Shown: positions 11,471 to 24,430 of the stretch, one piece after another
How the letters are laid out: each line of letters opens with the position of its first letter
How positions within the stretch are numbered: position 1 is the stretch's first letter
NCBI RefSeq assembly: GCF_022539665.2
Contig: NC_081332.1
Coordinates: 496,001 to 560,000 of the forward strand
Length of the DNA stretch: 64,000 nt
From: Daphnia carinata
Taxonomy: Eukaryota
Direction: 5' to 3'
Program-made: the position numbers and the translations under genes
The notes under the pieces: generated by a model
Told to the model about the DNA's origin: nothing
What the model saw: only the letters and a program-made list of their open reading frames with translations
Databases searched by the model: none

Positions 11471-11599
11471 AGCCGTACTCGTCCTGAGTAGAATTGTGAT
11501 TGATCTCTGGGGCCATGAACAGATAGACTAAAAGTTACAGATTACAAGCAACCGATAAAAGAATGGAAGCATTCAGAGGTAAATAAGGCAAAACGTAAC

Positions 11600-13320
11600 C
11601 AGCGCTTACTACGATACAATGATGGGGCAGCTCCAGCAGCTGAGCTCCCGGTCGTCAGCAATTCGTCGCGTTCGGCATCATCCAAAGACTCGTGCTGGGT
11701 AAGACGGGTCTCCAGTTGTCGAAATCGAAGGTTTAACCATCCGACCACAGCCAACATCGTGATGAGCGTGTTGAGGAGGAATGCGATCCAGTCGTACTCG
11801 AAAAATTCGGTTTCGAGCGTTTTGGTCATCCTCCACAGCAAGTCCTGGACATCCTTCAGATTAGGCTGGGCTTCTTCGCGCGTCTTGGGGTCTACGAACA
11901 GCTCAGCAGGACCCCTTGTTGGTGCGGTGAACGCTACCCTGAGCTCCGCTTTCCGTCGTTGAACCGTCACTCGAGTATAGATTGTGGGTGTCTACAGACG
12001 TTGCTTCGAACGTGGTACCTAACTCCGCACTCGCCGGAAAATCCTACTCGTCCGAGTGTGCGGTACAGGTGAGTGGCAGCTGGAAAACGTTCATGGGGCT
12101 CGAATTCATCGTTAGTCGAAGAGGTCCTGAGAACCCGGTTGGGCACGACACGGCCGGGATTTTTTGGCTTTCGGATTTGTTGACTATTAGCAGCCGACAG
12201 CATCGTTGGGAGCCCTCAGAAGTGGTCAGTCGGTGGTAACACCACCGCTGTACTTCCCGCGTATCGTCTCTTTAGAGTGCAAAAGTTCAAGAAGGTTCCG
12301 TAATAACCCAGTGTAGAAGTGGCATATAGGGATTTTGTAACGGATTCGAAGGACCATGTAGCGTATTCTTAACCTAAGGTGAAGTTTTAAGTTAACTTAA
12401 CTTATTACTTTATCCCTTAACAATCCGTTGGTAGGGAGAAATACACTTTTAGAGATTCACTGATACTTTTTTTAATTTTCAGAACAAAAAAGACGCCTGC
12501 TTGTGGCAAGTGGAAATTGAGAAGGGGTCGGCCTTTGCCGACATGGTCACCAAGAAAGCTCTGTTAAACAGCGCCCCTAGCGGCTTACAAAAATAATATT
12601 AATAATAATAGAACCTAAAAATACAAAACGTACGGGCCTTCCGAACCTAGAAACCCCCTGGTCGTTCTTCTTTTCAGAATCCGCAACAGATCTCGCCACC
12701 GTGATGAGAGGTCTCTTCTGGCCTGACCTGCAAGTAAGGGGCTAGGGCGATTGGATCTCTGGGAGCTCCAATTGTCGACTTGCTCTGCCGTTTTCTATCG
12801 CTTCAGCTAAATTGATTATCCAGTACAGGTGGAATAGGTGGTTCCGATCCACTATGGGGAGGTCAATGAGGTTCCTAATGACGCCCTCGGCTACCCTCAG
12901 CCCCACCTTGGCATCTCGGTACAGGGTCCAGGTCCAGGGAGCTCGCCTCCTCCATCAATCACTCCTCGGGACTGACGATGGGCGCATGTCGGGGTTACTA
13001 CCACGGGGGCGAGCCGGTCATTTGTCGTCTGTAGTCGATCAGCGGTTCGCTGCTTTCTGGCCTTGATGTACTCTTGGGCAATGACTTGGAATTTGTTGTC
13101 CCCGACGTAGGGCTTCAAACCACGCAGCCAGAAGTCGAGACGTTCCAGCACAATTAGGGCAGGTCAGGCCCCCAGCTCGGTCACAATCGTCCAGGTCGGT
13201 TTGCTGAAGGCCACCTGTCCCTTCTAGAGGAAGGCGACGCTTCCTCTGACTACTAAATCGGAAACCAATGGTGTCCCGGTCACTGTCAGCAGGAGGAACA
13301 ACTGGGCCATCAAGACTAGT
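11600..13320 (-). pseudogene. env: F-type (baculovirus-F/errantivirus-like) env of B copy 2
   Basis: Signal LVLMAQLFLLLTVTG; KGQVAFSKPTWTIVTEL; furin-like site plus fusion-peptide start RQSR|GVIDGGGE; LIDLPIVDRNHLFHLY; LPLTCTAHSD; C-terminal TM WIAFLLNTLITMLAVVGWLNL just before the PPT. Confidence 0.75.
12336..12688. mobile_element. Solo LTR (353 bp) inserted in the B env
   Basis: TGTAACGGATTC...GAATCCGCAACA inverted termini; 5-bp TSD gattt/gatct. Confidence 0.8.
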
Positions 13321-13339
13321 CGTAGCGCAGAGGAGGCCG

Positions 13340-16300
13340 TCTTTACGTTGCAGGCTATGACTTTTCCTTTCCTCGTTGGCCTCCTGAGACAGTGGATTCT
13401 CGGCTCCATCCATGGCTGTCGATTCCGGTTCCTCTGACACCTCGGACGGGGTAGTGATTCTTGGTGGCCTCGGCACCACCGTCGTACTTGGTATCTCGTT
13501 TATCAGTTCCGCTTGTTCTTCCCAACTATTATCCAGTTCGTGGAACGGTTTCATCCGACTGTCATGGACTATGTCGGTCTACAGCCCGTTGCGTAGTCGG
13601 ACCTCGTAATTCACCGGGGTGGCCTGCCTCACAACGCAGTAGAGTCCCAACCAGAGGTACAAAAGTTTTCAGCATGGCTAACCTTGCGGATCGGTTTACA
13701 GACTAAGACGAGGGCACTCGGTTTGAAGCTGGCGTCGCGGCGTTGTGAAGTCCCTTTCTGTTTCCGTTGCACTTCGTCGAGCCGCACTTGCACGGTGGCG
13801 TGTGGGTGCACTAGGCGCTCGTGGATCTGCGCCACATGTTCCGCTGGGAAGTCAACATCACTCTCTTTAGAAATAATGCCACCGATCCCCAGACTGAGGT
13901 CCATGGGGAGCAGTAGCTCCTTTCTGTACATGAGGAAGAACGGGCTGAAACCCGTCGACTCCTGCCTGCTTGTGTTGTAGGCGAAGCACACATACGGCAA
14001 GACTTCGCTAGCTTGATATCAGCAAGCTAGCGACGGGGAAGCTAGATGAAGTTAAGATTTGGGCATCGCCCAACGCAAGCTTACCGTTTCGTACGGGTAA
14101 ACGGCTAACATAGACCAGCGGTCTTTCAACACCGTTCTCTCGCTGGATGAGAGCGCATCCGATACCATAACCACATGCGTCTGGGTGTAATTCCATCGGT
14201 TAATCGATATTTGGCTGCGCCAACGCGGCTGCCCTTGCAGGGCTTTCTTGAGAGCAAAACTTTCGTGCTGATCTGGTCCCTAGTAAAAACATTGGTAGAT
14301 TTGGTGAGCTCGCTAAGTGCTAGAAAAGATTCTACTGCTTTAATTTTTTGGGATACCGTCTTGGCCTCGTTGGGACCTGGGAATTGTTGCACAGCCATTA
14401 TCTTGTCGAGATCAGGCGACATACTTGTTGCGCTTACCACATGACCCAGTACCTTCAATCGGTTCTCTCCAAATCGAGATTTTCTCAGTTTAATCGTGAT
14501 GCCGGCTGTTCCGAGTCGATCCAGCACCTGGCTAAGTCTCTTGCAATGCTCTTCGAATGTTTGGGCTTATACCACGACATCGTCGAGGTATACCAAACAG
14601 ACGTGCCATTTGAGCTGAGCCAAAGTGAAATCTATAGCTCTCTGGAAGGTTGGGGACTCGGAAGTCAGGCCAAACGGCAAGACCTTAAACTGCCACAGCC
14701 TGTCTGCTGTGACGAAAGCACTTTTGACGATCCCCTGGCTCAAGCTCGATCTGATGATAGCCAGACTGGAGGTCCATACTGGAAAAGAGCTTGGAGCCGA
14801 TAATACGACTCAAAGCATCATCGATCCGTGGTAGAGGGTACATCTCCTTCACGGTTACGGGATTCAACCGACAGTGATCAACGCAAAAGCGCCATCCTCT
14901 GCATTTCTTTTTGACAAGGACAACCGGTGAAGACCAGAGGCTGTCGGAAGGTTCTACAATTCCTTGCGCCAATATCTCGTCTACTTGTCGTTGAGTTGTC
15001 GTTAGTTCCCGCTCCCTCCAAGTACTTTTGTAAGGTTGTTGGTGGACGGAACCTGTGTCTCCACGGAAAGCGCGTGTTGCACGGCCTTGTAGCGTCCCAG
15101 TGAAGACCTGGCGAACAGTGTCGATATTCTTGCAGTATCGCGATCAGCTTCTCATGCTCCTAGTTGCTGGGTCCTAGTTCTGGGTTTATGCGATCAGCGA
15201 AATTATGTACTTCTTCTTTGGTTTCTCCGGCGTTGGCGTTCTGTCCTTCCGATGGCACGGTGATTTCTTCAATCTCAACCAGCTCACCTAACGCCGAGCC
15301 TGAGGATAGCCACGCTTCCCTCTGCGTGCAGTTTGTTACGGGCGCCAGCATCTTGGTGGAACCGCGTATGATTACCGGGTTGACTGCCATCCCTTTGGTG
15401 CTCAACAGCTTTTCCGCCGGTTCTAGTAACCACGACCCATGGTGTCCTCCTTCAGTCAAGACCTCTTATCTCCGTAGTCGAGCGAGCCAGAAAGCAGGAT
15501 TCTTCCTTAACCCTCACTACTCGACGCTCGGGGCCTCGGTTTCCACTGTGATTGCCCCCAGTGGGAGCTCACTTGACTCATAAGGGGTTCCTGGTGCTGC
15601 CGATACTGGACGTTCAGGATGCCGAACTGCTTGAGAAAATCGTTTTTGAGGAGGAGTTCCATCCCTTTCACTTCGAAGACAACGGCTGTCCCTTTCGCCG
15701 TCAGAGTTCCTTCGCTGACTTCCAGGTAGGTCGAGCCCCATTTCTTCGCCGCCATAAGTCGAGGTCCGCGCCATTGAACCAACTCACAGAGAAGTCTGGC
15801 CGGCAACTGTGGAGTTAAGACGGTAACGGTAGCCCCGGTGTCGATTAAGACGTCGACCGGCTGGCCGTGGCACGTCATTCGCTTGGTGACCATTGTTCCC
15901 GCGATGGGGAAGCATAGCACCTGAACGGCTGGTGTCGGTCCGTTGCTCTCCAAGTTGTCGTCTAAGAGCGTTGTTAAAGCCCTAACCGGGGCAAAGTTTA
16001 TCCTAGCGATTCTATGGTGGGCGAATGGGTCGTTCTCGAGTCATCTTGCCCTCGTTCCCATCTACCGGGGCAATTCATAGCAATATACCCCGGCTTTTCG
16101 TATTGGTAGCAGATGGGACGTCCGCCCAACGTACGGCCGCTGGGTCGATTTTGCATCCCCGGTTTCCTCCCGTGAAACTGCTGCTGCACGCTTAGCCACC
16201 TGCCAATGGAGGTCGCAGATGACTTGTAGAAGCTCGCGGTTTGCATCCTCAGCTGGGGGCAGGGCGGCAACCGGGGCTCCACGATCCACCGTCCGCATGG

Positions 16301-17030
16301 GCGAAGTCGTTCGATCATTGCGATAGGTCTGTACTTTGGCCTCTTCTGTCGTCGCAAGCATTCTAAACATTTTGCTCTGATCCTAGGATTAAATGGGCAA
16401 ATTCTCTCAACTATTATTGGTTTCAAACCATGATGCAGATATTTCAACTTTTGCCGCTTCGGTAATATCTAGGTCCAAAGTCCGACACCGTTGAAATAAA
16501 TTATTCTCTCATTATGAGCATGTGTTGCAGAATTTTCACATATAATGGAATCGAAAAAAACGTAGCGGTTCAGCAACCTAGACGAGTTTCTGAAACCTGG
16601 TCATAATGATATTTCAACAGACATACGATTAGAACGTCATAGAAACAATCGATGGGCGATCCATCAAACTGCTGATTTCGCCTCAGCAACCCGTTCTCCT
16701 GGAAAATGGCCTGGCTACCATTCAGGTACACTCTTAAGAAAAGGGTTGCAATCCGCGAAGGGCCTATTCAGCATTCTCAACATGTGGCGCATCGTCACGC
16801 CAAGTCATAAGCCTTTCGTTTAGCCATATATACCAGTTCCTGGCCGTGTCCTCCAAGTATATTTCCACTTTGATTCTAAGGTCGTTATCCGTCTAGCGAT
16901 TGATATTTCACGCGGCCTCATAGCGTGAATGCCAGTTCAATCACGTCATCACCTTCTCTGTCCGTGAAGATGGGTGCACACTGAATTGTAGCTGCGGTCT
17001 CATCAACGCCAATCTCGTGTTGACGTAGGT
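13340..17030 (-). pseudogene. pol: gag-pol of B copy 2, many frameshifts
   Basis: VLIDTGAT (PR); WSSPVVLVKKK..WRFCVD..YPLPRIDD..MDLQSGYHQI (RT); DACGYGIGCAL (RNase H); FAYNTSRQESTGFSPFFLMY and HDSRMKPF (IN). Confidence 0.9.
16489..16619. mobile_element. 131-bp insertion, probable copia-type solo LTR, in B copy 2 gag
   Basis: (c)GTTGAAATA...TATTTCAACA termini, TSD gacac/gacat; absent at the homologous site in copy 1 (about 4352). Confidence 0.7.
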
Positions 17031-17490
17031 GAACTTCCTCTTGAATGTTGGGCGTTGGCTGTACAGGTGAGGAATGGGCATCGTCAGGCGATCCCCCAAG
17101 GTCACCGTCTCCGGTCCTTGCGCCTCCTCCCGCTCCGGCGATCCGTAAGCCGACACCTCCAAAGCGCTAGCCTCGTCATAAACGTTTCCGTGACCTACGA
17201 CGCTACCGACTGAACCCACTGTCCTGTAAGCGAACACGTCCAAATACTCCCACCTGTCGCTTTTCGGTGCAAGCCTGTGGGTTTTTCCAATCCCGGGTGT
17301 CAATCGAAGTACCAACTAATGGTTCCGTCAGTAGCGGAAGGCCTCGCAAACGTCGACTACCTAGGCGATACCGCACTGCATTCCGCCCACCCCGTCCATT
17401 GGACATCTCCCCACCAAAAACTTCTTAGTTCAATGAAAATTCTGACAGGAACCTTTTACTCACCCTTAAAGAGCCTGCAACTCCGCCAGT

Positions 17491-17579
17491 TGTCGCGCTC
17501 TATACCAAAGACTATTAATGAACTCAAGAAGTTAAACGTGTATTACGCTACTGTGCGCTTCAACAATACAAACAAGACA
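17491..17579 (-). repeat. Internally deleted 5' LTR of B copy 2
   Basis: tgtcgcgctc...aacaagaca, flanked by a degenerate PBS and the ATAT TSD. Confidence 0.8.
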
Positions 17580-18322
17580 ATATTTTATATTCTTTTCCCT
17601 GTCTTATGCTGAGCTTTATTAATTTCCTTTGACAAAAATCTGCATTTCAATCTCCATTAAAATGATCAAGAAGAGATTTTTTAATTAGGGCGTAATCATG
17701 CGTTTGAGCTTTTAAAGTTGCATGAATAATTGAAAAAAGCTTTATCTATCAATTTGGCTCTTAACATCTGAATAGCTTTTTCTCCTGACCACCCTGACTC
17801 ATCTACGATACTTTCAAAAAGATTCTAACTATAAGCTAGGCATTATTATGCAAAGTGAATTTGAATACAGAATATAAGAAAGTTACGCGATATAATAGGG
17901 AAACTGAAAGTGAAATGGTAATGATAATTGTAATATAAGCTTAACGCAGTAGCACGAGCGGAATACAGAACAGAAGTGGAAGACGAGGTGTAAGATATAG
18001 GAATACTCGCGGTAGACACAATTACACAGATTAGTTTTGCGATCCAAGATTAAAAATTAGAAAAGGGACCAGACGAATTTGAAACCAACTACTGGAATCA
18101 GATACTCGTCGTTGACTGACTTTCTTCAGATTCCGGGTTCACAAAGAAACTTCGTGTATTGGCAAATTTAGGAGTTGCTGTGGATGTATTTTTCACCAAT
18201 CAAAGATGTTTGAAACGGCGTAATAATGGTGTGATGATGAGCGTCGCACGAGCCACCAATCAAAATGTATTTGAAAGTGGCGTGATGCTGATAACACATG
18301 GATGCGTAAGCTAGCAGGTGTA

Positions 18323-18687
18323 CAGTATCTTCCAAAAAAATCCGACTACCCCCCTTTAAAAAAATGCCCCCTATCAACACTTACGTTAGTACTTTAGGTG
18401 GGTTATGCTAGGATATGGAAAAACGCGGAAAAAAACTATACTAGACGTTTCTATGGAAACCAGACATGAATCAGCTCGCGTCCTTACATCGTTAAGGGGT
18501 AAGGCAAATTGCCGTTAGGCAAAGACAAAATTTTTACAAATCTACTACAAATTGTATTTGTAGTAGGCTACGAGAGACAGACTTCGGGATGGGAAGCCTC
18601 GTCGTAAAGTACTAAGTAACTTACCTAAGTGTTGATAGGTGGCATTTTTTTTAAATTGGGATAGTCGGATTTTCTTGGAAGATACTG
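18323..18687. mobile_element. Tc1/mariner-pogo-type MITE (365 bp)
   Basis: About 60-bp imperfect TIRs cagtatcttccaa...ctatcaacactta; TA TSD; empty-site homologue near 25525. Confidence 0.9.
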
Positions 18688-18713
18688 TACACCTGGGTCA
18701 CTCGTGCTGCGTA

Positions 18714-20290
18714 GGGTAGGCTGGGGCTACGCCGGGCAAGGGCTATTGACCTTCGAATGACATGCAGCAAAAAAGTACATAGTTTTAATGGCGGAACCTT
18801 GCCTCTAGTACTTAAGTGAACGGAACATTCACGGCAACTTTTAAACATTTCCGCGAGGTCTAACTGGCCCAAGTCCGGAAACTTGCTTTTCAGTATGCTG
18901 AATCCAACGCCATTAAATTTTCAGAGCAATGGTGAATTAATGGAATGGCAAGTTAAGATTGGTTTCCAGATCCTGAAACGCCACAGAGAGCTTCCAATCC
19001 GAGCAGCGGAACCCACCAGCCAAGCGTGTGCATCGGCTTTAACAGACTTGTCGTTGATCGCTTCTTCACCCAACTGGTGCAAGTCTACGAGGAACATGAT
19101 TTCGGTACATCACAAATTTGGAATACGTGTACGCTCTCAATCGCGCTGTATACGGGATGGACCGCCTGGCTGCATTGGGATCGCAAATAGGACCGGATAG
19201 ATGGACAGTGCCCCATTCTTGCTGTGCCTTCAGCATTTTTTGAAACAGAGTGGTAGTTCAATAACATCTAGGCATCTACTTCTGCTAGACAATCATGTTA
19301 GCCACCTGGATATCAAGTGTGTTGAATTTGCGCGGCCACATGGTGTGGTGATGGTTACCTTTCCGCGTCATTGTTCACATCAATTGCAACCGTTGGACGT
19401 GTCCGTCTTTGTACCGTTCAAACATGCTTTGCGGCGAGAACAAGACGATTGGTTGGTCACACATCCCGGTGAAAGAATGCGGATCGATGATATTGCGCGC
19501 TTTACTAGGGTTGCTTCTATCGAAAATTTTAACCCGACGAACATCATATCTAGATTCCGTTCAACTGGAATTTGGCCATTCAATCGGCACGTTTATTTCC
19601 GACAATGATTTCTTGCCATCACAAACCAATGAACTAGAATTTCTCCATAATTTAATTATTTTTTATTTAAATTTCATTTGTTTAGTTTCGGTTGCGGCTC
19701 CAACTCCAGCTAAATCGTCAACAGCATCATCCTCGGAAGCGCTTACAAGTAACTAAATTGCAGTTCCACAATTTGTTTTTGAATTTTTCAAAAAAAATAA
19801 TAGGGAGCTTTGAAGACATACGTCCGTTCCCGCGCGAAAGCCATAGAAAAGCCCTCCAAGAGAAACGAAATGGTTCATCGCGCGTATAACGTCGACACCA
19901 GAAAAAAAAGCCCTCGAGGAAGCAAAAAATGACAGGACGAAAATGTACCAAGGAAAAAAAACAGCGCAAAGTATCCTTATTTCAAGTTAACGATGACGAA
20001 ACACAAAAATGAACCCACCCTCATTGCTCCGATTAAAAAACCCCGTTCTGGTCGTGAGGTCTTAGAAGTTAAAAGGACCAATTTGTAAAGTTTTATAGCT
20101 TGTTTAAGAGCTGACCGGCATAACTCCAGCAACGGGGTTAGTCCGGTAACTCTATGCAAAATTTTGTATGAAAATTTTGATTCAGAAGTTAGCTTGCAAA
20201 TATTTTAAAAAATTGTTAAAGCCTATCTAGTTCTTCATATTCTAAAACAGAAAATATAAGTTGAGGACATATATTTGGCTTCCTGGTTAC
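18714..20290 (+). mobile_element. pogo-like DNA transposon relic with DDE transposase pseudogene
   Basis: ORF 19201-19608 LLLLDNHVSH..FPRHCSHQLQPLDVSVF..FRSTGIWPFN (DDE_1-like); starts after TA with gggtaggctggggc; imperfect inverted copy of the terminal motif near 20112-20129; right end uncertain. Confidence 0.8.
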
Positions 20291-21700
20291 ATAACCATAA
20301 GTCAAAACGAACAATAGGGCTTCCAGAAAAAGGAAAAAGTAATTGTAAACGGACGAAAGTGTGCTGGTTATTTTGAAAATCATTTAAATCGTTGACCGTG
20401 TCCGCTCGTGAAATGTTTAAAGATTCCGCCATCTTCGGATTGAATATGTGAAAGTTCAAAGTTGTTTCCTGCGGATTCTGAAGTTGTTCTGTAACGTTGT
20501 TGGTGATTGCTCGAGACTCTCTTGCGCTTCTATCGGTTGGCTGAATCGCCGAGCAAACGGATAGTGTTGAGTGCGGTAGTGACTTGAACGTTGGTTTCTT
20601 CGGCGTGTTTGTCTTCTGTTCGGGATTTTTTCCGACAGCGGCGATACTTCCTGAGTTGATGCGGCCTGCAGTTGTGTTTGGCTCTTTTGCATGAATAACA
20701 GCGACTGACTCAATTGTATGTTTGTTGGTGTAATTGTTTGTTTGATATCCCTCGCCTGTTGCTCGTGGTATGGCTTGATGGCTTCCAGAAAATCGCTCAA
20801 TTTGTTCAAAATGAATACAACTTCTGGGTGCACCACCTCCAGATATGTGACCAACTAGTTTCTTTAAATATGAGGATCGGCTGTTGACTTCTGTCTGAAA
20901 CGTTTGTTGGGATGCCAACAATATCTACTCCAGAAGAATTGATACCTCGGACACCTCGAGAGTAAGGGGATAATACTCTAGGTCCTCGTCCTTATCTATG
21001 ATGTATCGTCTGTGAACGAAATTGACGATTTGCTTCGCTCATGTTGGTGTGATCTTTTGCGAAGTCTATGATGTCTTAAATCTATCCCTGCAGGCATGTC
21101 AGAAACTGTTTCACGTGTCTGGTGAAAATTGTTGTGAGCTTTGTCACCAGCTCCTCCGTTTTCATCTTCGCTATCCGTTTCGTTGGTCCACTTCTGGCTA
21201 TCACTTCCAGAATGGACATCAAGTATTTCAGAAGAGTCGTCTATTTCTTCCTGCTTGTGCTTGTGGGTTAACTTGGTAGTTCCTCCGGATGTCTTTCATC
21301 AACCACTCGAGATTGTCCCAGATTTTCGGGCCGCTTGACTGGAAACCCTTATCTATCTCCTTGAGCTTGTAGTGGCTAGTAATAGGAATGGCAACTGGCT
21401 TGTTGTTATCTGGAAAATGCTACCCTGATTCTTCCTCATATCTTGGTAAAGATGCTCGAGACTCACGTTGAGCTGGTCTTCCTGTTTTGAAAAGACTCGA
21501 AACGGTATTCGAGAGAGCATTTGTAAGGGACATTTCTTAAATACTAATTTAACCAGTAAAAAGGGTGAATTTCTTATAGTCATGGTGTTAGCTTTACTTT
21601 GGACACTAGGACAGGTTTACAGGAGTACGCGAAAGCTTATGCCCAACAGTAAAAATAATATCCGTCCTTGTGGAAGAAGTCGGAAAATCCCTGCACCATT
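20290..21700 (-). mobile_element. gag: Family A copy 3, gag 5' part (degenerate)
   Basis: Colinear with 1020-2380 (ADTVNDLNDFQNNQHTFVRLQLLFPFSGSPIVRFD; QLNVSLEHL). Confidence 0.85.
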
Positions 21701-21959
21701 ATGTAAAGCATTTTCTCGTGAGAAAGAATGAGTTTACGGAATTACGACCAATAATAATAGGAAAGAACTCGAGATGCGTTAACAGCAATGCCGAAATTAG
21801 GACAAAACGTATAGGATAAGATATAACAATAATGAAAAATAAGCTGGAAATTGGGAAAATAAAAGGATAATACAAATCGGGCTTACCGTGTTACACCGTT
21901 GAAAGGGGAGTATAAGACGGCACAAGTCGAGATGGAATAAGAAACAAGATGGATTGTCG

Positions 21960-24430
21960 GATATGTTGCGTGTCCTTGCTCTACCCTCCCTTGTATAGAC
22001 TGACGCGACAGAGCATCTGCTTCCTCGTGCAGACTTCCTCTCTTGTAGCAGATGATAATGTCGTATTCCTGTAACGACAAACTCCATCTCTCCAGTCGGC
22101 CACTCTACTCATGCTTAGTCTTCAGCAACATAGGACATGATGATTGGTTTTCACTACGACCTTCGTACCCCAAATGTACCGTCGAAATTTCTTGATATCC
22201 CATGCAATGGCAAAGCACTCCTTCTCTGTGATTGTGTAATTTCTTTCCGACTTGTTTAACACTCTGCTAAAGAAACAAATAGGCATGGCATGCGCATCTT
22301 TCTCTTGCATCAGCGCTACGCCTATTCAGTAGTCACAGGCGTTTGGGTGCACTTCAAATGCCTTCGAATAATCCGGATGCCCCGGCCGCACTCCCTTTAC
22401 CAGCGCTGCCTTCTACTCCGTAAAACTGCTTTGTTCCGGTTCTTCCCATCGGATGAACCATTCGCCTTCCATATCCGTAAGTGGGTACGCCGTCTTGGCG
22501 AAGTTCAGCGCGAACTTAGGTAAAAAAAAGTAAGGCGTACAAAGCTCTTAACCCACTGCCTCTTTGCTTTCTCATTAGCATTAAGGTTTGGACCTGGAAA
22601 CGTTTCGATGGCCTTACAGTGGTCAGGATCGGATTCAATTCCTGCTTTGCTCACGACGTTGCCCAACACCCGCACTCGCTCGTTTCCGAAGGTACACTTT
22701 TCAATTTTCAGCTTTAAATTCGCCCTCCGGAAGCAGGACAAAATTTTTCCCAGCCTCTCCAGGTGTTCACATATAATCAGTTCACTTCAAGCCTGCCCAT
22801 ATCATGTCCATAAGCCGTTGAAACGTGCTCGTTGCCGTGAACAATACAAACGGCATAACCCGGAACAGGTAGAGACCGTCAGGTGTCACAAACGCTGTCT
22901 TCTGGTATCTGGGACTGGTATCTGCCACTACCTGCTCTGAGGGTCTTTGACGCTGAAAAGCGTCGCTCCTTCCAGCTTTGATATTGCATCGTTGATGCGA
23001 AAAAGTGGGTAGACATCCTTCATCGTAACTTCGTTTAAACGTCTGTAATCGACACAGAATCGCCAGATCCCGTCCTTTTTCTTCACAAGGACGATTAGCG
23101 ATCACCAGGGGCTCTGCCCGGGTTCAATAACCCCTTGCCTTAGCATCTTTTCTACCTCCGCCTTAATCAGCTCCCGTTCCCACCAAGCGCTTCGCTTTGG
23201 TAACTGTTTAATTGGAGATGCATATCCAGTAGGGATAATATCTTCCAGAACAGTGCACTGGCCAAGAAAATCGCCTTCCTTATGATGTCCCTCCCCTCCT
23301 TTCTTCCGATATCAATCGCCCCGAGCTCCGCTGTCGGCTGCTAAACCCAGACATTTAATTCCTTAAAGAGTTTCAATAAATTCATTAGTTGTCCATCTGC
23401 TGCTACCACCATGGGTTCATCCCATGGGGCAAACTTCAGCTTCAGCTTCCTTGCGAACGACGCCGAATTGACTGACATGTCAGTTCCGGTGTCAACTAAA
23501 GCTTCAACTGGACATCCACCAATCTAAATTTTTTCAGATGGCTGTTGATCACGGCCACTCCAGTCGCTTGACTTTGCTCTCTGTCACTCACGGCACCGGC
23601 CGCTTTTGGCTCCTCCCTCTCCGGTTTTGTAGGCTTTGACGTAGCTTCTCACTTCTTTTTCTTTAGACAATTTCTTGCGATATGGGCTCCCTCATAACAA
23701 TTATAACATCGGAACAGGTTCTACTTCTTCGGCTTCCGGTTCTTTTCACCTTTTCCGTTGTCAATGCCCTTGATTCTTGACTGCCCTTTTGACTTGAGAC
23801 AGCTCCTCCCTTAGCTTCTGTATCTGCCGCTGGAGCTGTTGCACCTAGTCAAGGCCTGCTGCCCCAATGGGAGCCTTCTCATTCTAACGACGTGCATCCT
23901 CGTAGCCTCTTTTGTAGGCTGTTTTTACAGCATCCGCATGGAGTCTGGCTTTCTCAACAAATTCTGCACAGGTCGTGAATACGAGCACATAGAGCCTTTC
24001 GTAGAGTGACGGACCCCATAACACAAATCCATAACGTCATGATAGTATTCCGTTATGTCTTCATTTTTCTCTTGTACTCTCATTCATAGTTTTCTCTCCA
24101 TCTGTCGCTTCAAGTTTACTGCAACAACCTGCTTTAAAAACAGTATCTTGAGCACAGGCACCTTCCTATCGCTCGGCCCTTGCTCTACCATGAACCTCTC
24201 CATCCGATCCTCCCAGTGCTCCAACCACGCGTTCCGCACCTCAAGGCATACAATCCACTTGTAGGCTGCTTCCTCGATCGACACGTCTATCGCCCTCGCC
24301 AAGTCAATATTTGTCCACCGGTTGTGGCGACCGATCCGTTCCAATGGATCAGTTGATTAAATAGCAATCTCCTTGGACGTACCACGAATTTCTCCGGCAC
24401 CTTATATGGGAAGATCAGCCGTTCCGCCAT
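21960..24430 (-). mobile_element. Ty3/gypsy family C fragment (gag-PR-RT-RH), degenerate, LTRs not resolved
   Basis: gag ERIGRHNRWTNIDLARAI; PR EALVDTGT; RT KTAFVTPDGLYLFRVMPF; RNase H FSRVLNKSERNYTITEKECFAIAW. Confidence 0.85.

Larger units (their letters stand above)
11178..17579 (-). mobile_element. Ty3/gypsy family B copy 2 (gag-PR-RT-RH-IN-env), degenerate, nested in A gag
   Basis: 3' LTR 11178-11456, PPT, internally deleted 5' LTR 17491-17579, 4-bp TSD ATAT (11174-11177 / 17580-17583); host gag resumes on the other side. Confidence 0.9.
5438..18713 (-). mobile_element. Ty3/gypsy family A copy 2 (leader-gag-PR-[RT/RH deleted]-IN-accessory ORF-env), host of several nested insertions
   Basis: gag pieces at 17584-17830, 11000-11177 and 10200-10680; PR LLDTGAS near 10090; integrase 8940-9950; env 5438-6566; removing the inserts restores colinearity with copy 1. 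Confidence 0.8.
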
